Source: the human T2T-CHM13v2.0 reference genome, Homo sapiens. From it: DNA of 64,000 nt. This document shows positions 61,518-64,000 of the stretch, piece after piece. Positions within the stretch are counted from its first letter, which is position 1. Each line of letters begins with the position of its first letter. The translations under genes were made by a program, and so were the position numbers. The stretch lies in NCBI RefSeq assembly GCF_009914755.1, contig NC_060928.1; one strand, 5' to 3'. Under the pieces are notes generated by a model. It was not told the DNA's origin. It did no database searches and saw nothing but the letters and a program-made list of their open reading frames with translations.

Positions 61518-63175
61518 ATTTACCTTGGGAAATGATGGGATTTATTCCTTTGTCTGCTTACCTGTTGCCCGGCTCCCTGACGGCACATGAGCAACGATGG
61601 AAGGGCCCGTCTGCTCACTGCTCCGCCTCCACACCTAAAACAGTGTCTGGCTCATAGTAGGCCTCAAAACTTTTGCTTGAATGGATAAATAAATAAAAAG
61701 CATCACTCATCTAGGACAGACAAGTGAGCTCTGCTCAGTTTGTGCAGGACAGAAAGGGATGTACTTTAATTTAGCACTTATTGCAAAGGGGATCATTGTT
61801 CTAAATATTTTATCTGTCCGTTATCATTCAGCCATTTACTAAGTGTGTGAAGTAGATGCACTGATTATCCCCATTTTATGATGAAGTAACTCAGGTTCAG
61901 AGGTGACGTCAGCAGCTGGAGTGCAGACGTCACAGAAGTGGTAAAGCGAGGAATCGAACCCAGGGCCATCTGACTCGAGAAACCCCATGCTTTCTGCAGG
62001 GGCGGCCTGGCCGGCCCTCGCCTGCTCGAATGCCACCAAGGATGCACCCCAGAGGGCAGGCCAAGGCAGCCAGGGCCTCACTTGGCAAGGTGCTCAAACC
62101 TGGCCTTAACAAACAAACGTTTCTCCAAATTCCTGTCCTCTCAAGCATTTTTCTTTATCTCCCTTACAATCACTCCTGGAATTTGAGCTGGACCCCTAAT
62201 TTATCAAGGGCTCTGGAGCCTTCTGGAAGACCGCCTAAAGAGGACAAGTCCAAATTAGAAATGTTTATCTTGTTTCTAAACGTGATACTTTCTCGTCTCA
62301 GCTTTTCCTAGGAAGCACTTTGTTAAGGAACGGAGAAGTTGGGCAAAACTAACCTGCACTCACATCCCAGGTGAGGGAGGAGAGCCTGACCCGTCTTTAT
62401 TTTAAAAATGATTGAGCAAGTTGTATCCCCGGGTAAAGTGAGTAAATCTGATTCTGGCTGATCCTTTCGCAGGGCTCTTTGGACTGCAGGAGAATCTGGA
62501 TTTGCCAAGCCCAGGAAGTGCTTATTCTCTTTATGGTGATGACTGAGCACGCTGTGAACCTGAGCGTTCTGTGCACTGCCTTCACCACGTCTCTAAATTA
62601 TTCTGACATCTTCCTCCTCTTCTCCTCTGCTGGAACCTAGCTTTAATTATTTTTCAGTAACAAGTCAATTGTCCCGTTTTTCCTTTCCCTTCAAAACGTG
62701 TTCATCACCAGAGCCACATTAGTCAAAAGTGACAGTTACAAACTGAAATCAATGTCCACATCACCAAAGACATCAGAGATACCAAAGGCCGGTTAGGTCA
62801 GCCAGCGCACGCCAGGCGACAACGTGCTCGTGGGTCACAGCAGAGCCGTGCTCCTCTCTGGCCCCGTCTCCCACCCCTCCGCTCCTGCAAGGCTGCCACT
62901 GACCAGGAATCAGCAACCAACCTCATCCAGCTCTTTTGTCCTTTCATTAAGTAACCACTGAGAAATGAGTAAAGGAGGAAGGAATACAGGGAGAAGAAAA
63001 AAAGAGCAGGTAACGTGGAAAAGACAAGGGGAAGAGAGTGAACAGGGGAACGCAGAGGGCGTGAGGGAAGAAAGAGAGATTCTGCTGCGAGTGCCAGCCT
63101 TGGGAACATCCCTTCTTAGTGAAGTTAAGGAATGCCCATTTGCATCCCCAGGAAATAAGAATTAAAGAGGAAAAG

Positions 63176-63468
63176 GGGGTCGTGCGGTGGCTCATGCCTG
63201 TAATCTCAGCACTTTGGAGGCTGAGGTGGGATGATCCCTTGAGCCCAGGAGTTTGAGACTAGGCTGGGCAACATTATGAGACCCCCATCCCAAAAAAAAA
63301 TAGGAAAGAAAATTCAGCCAGGTGTGGTGGTACACACTTGTAGGCCCACTACTCAGGAGGCTGAGGCAGGAGGATTGCTTGAGCCCACAAGGTCACGACT
63401 GTAGTGAAGTGTAATTGCGCCACTGCACTTCAGCCTAGGTGACAGAGTGAGACCCTGTCTCCAAAAAA
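63176..63468 (+). mobile_element. Alu (AluJ-like)
   Basis: Dimeric Alu with ggaggattgcttgagccc. Confidence 0.88.
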
Positions 63469-63487
63469 TGAAAGAGGAAAAGGGAAG

Positions 63488-64000
63488 TGTGGGGAGTGGA
63501 GAAATAAATGAAGACCAAAGCAACGAGAACAGCCAGAGGCTATTTATTCAGAGCTTGCCATAGCAATGGAGTCAGCCACCATCACTTACGTTCTGGCAGA
63601 GACTCAAAGGCAGGCAGGGACATGGAAAAGCTTCAGAGTGGAAAAAAGGGAAGGCGTCAGGCGTGGCCTGATGGAGGCTGTGGCCTGGGGAAGCTGCAGG
63701 CGGGCTGGCTAGAGGCAGGCATCCTATGTGGTTAGTTAAGCGGGTATATTTGGCTTTCTCTGGTTGGAAGCAGGGATAAAAATTAGGCGAGCTGTCAGTT
63801 ATTAGTCAAGTCCTGGCCATTTAGGCAGATTGTTATGGGGTAGTGGTCTGTGCGCAGCCTGGTGCCCTCCCAGCCTGATTGGAAGCACTGGCTTCCTGGA
63901 CTGACTGTTGGAGACAATGGGTTTGCTCCTTGCTTGCAGACAATGGGTTTGCAGGTTGCTGCAGGCTGTGGGTCAGAATCTGTTTGCACACATGGTTGGG
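63488..64000 (-). mobile_element. Old LTR (MER74-like ERVL, tentative)
   Basis: tatttattcagagcttgccatagcaatggagtcagccaccatcact...ggcagagactcaaaggcaggcag resembles the recalled consensus. Confidence 0.5.

Overview
Primate (most likely human, 4q35.1) genomic DNA. Bases 1 to ~20.9 kb are the 3' end of the teneurin gene TENM3 on the + strand. Four coding exons (6961-7257, 10142-11753, 14505-14635, 17466-18221) splice in frame into 931 C-terminal residues: YD/Rhs shell, Rhs-core motif, ABD, Tox-GHH-like domain and TCAP-3. A ~2.7-kb 3'UTR with two poly(A) signals follows. The upstream intron holds the 5' part of a young antisense L1 (L1PA2/3-like) with ORF1 disabled, ORF2 open as far as visible and ORF0 open. 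Downstream is intergenic DNA: CpG-rich patches with a near-consensus CTCF site, degenerate TG and CA arrays, a full-length THE1D, an internally deleted HERV-H provirus with an open ESRG-like ORF, solo LTRs, many Alus, a 79-bp triplet repeat, and ~0.8-kb plus ~3.4-kb almost pure pyrimidine arrays. The best candidate for something new is that the L1 antisense promoter/ORF0 points into the last TENM3 exons and carries donor sites whose phases match them. This predicts ORF0-teneurin fusions containing the toxin-like/TCAP tip without the transmembrane anchor. It is a frame-checked inference, not an observed transcript. Repeat subfamily names come from recalled consensus sequences and need RepeatMasker confirmation. 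No prokaryotic systems are present.
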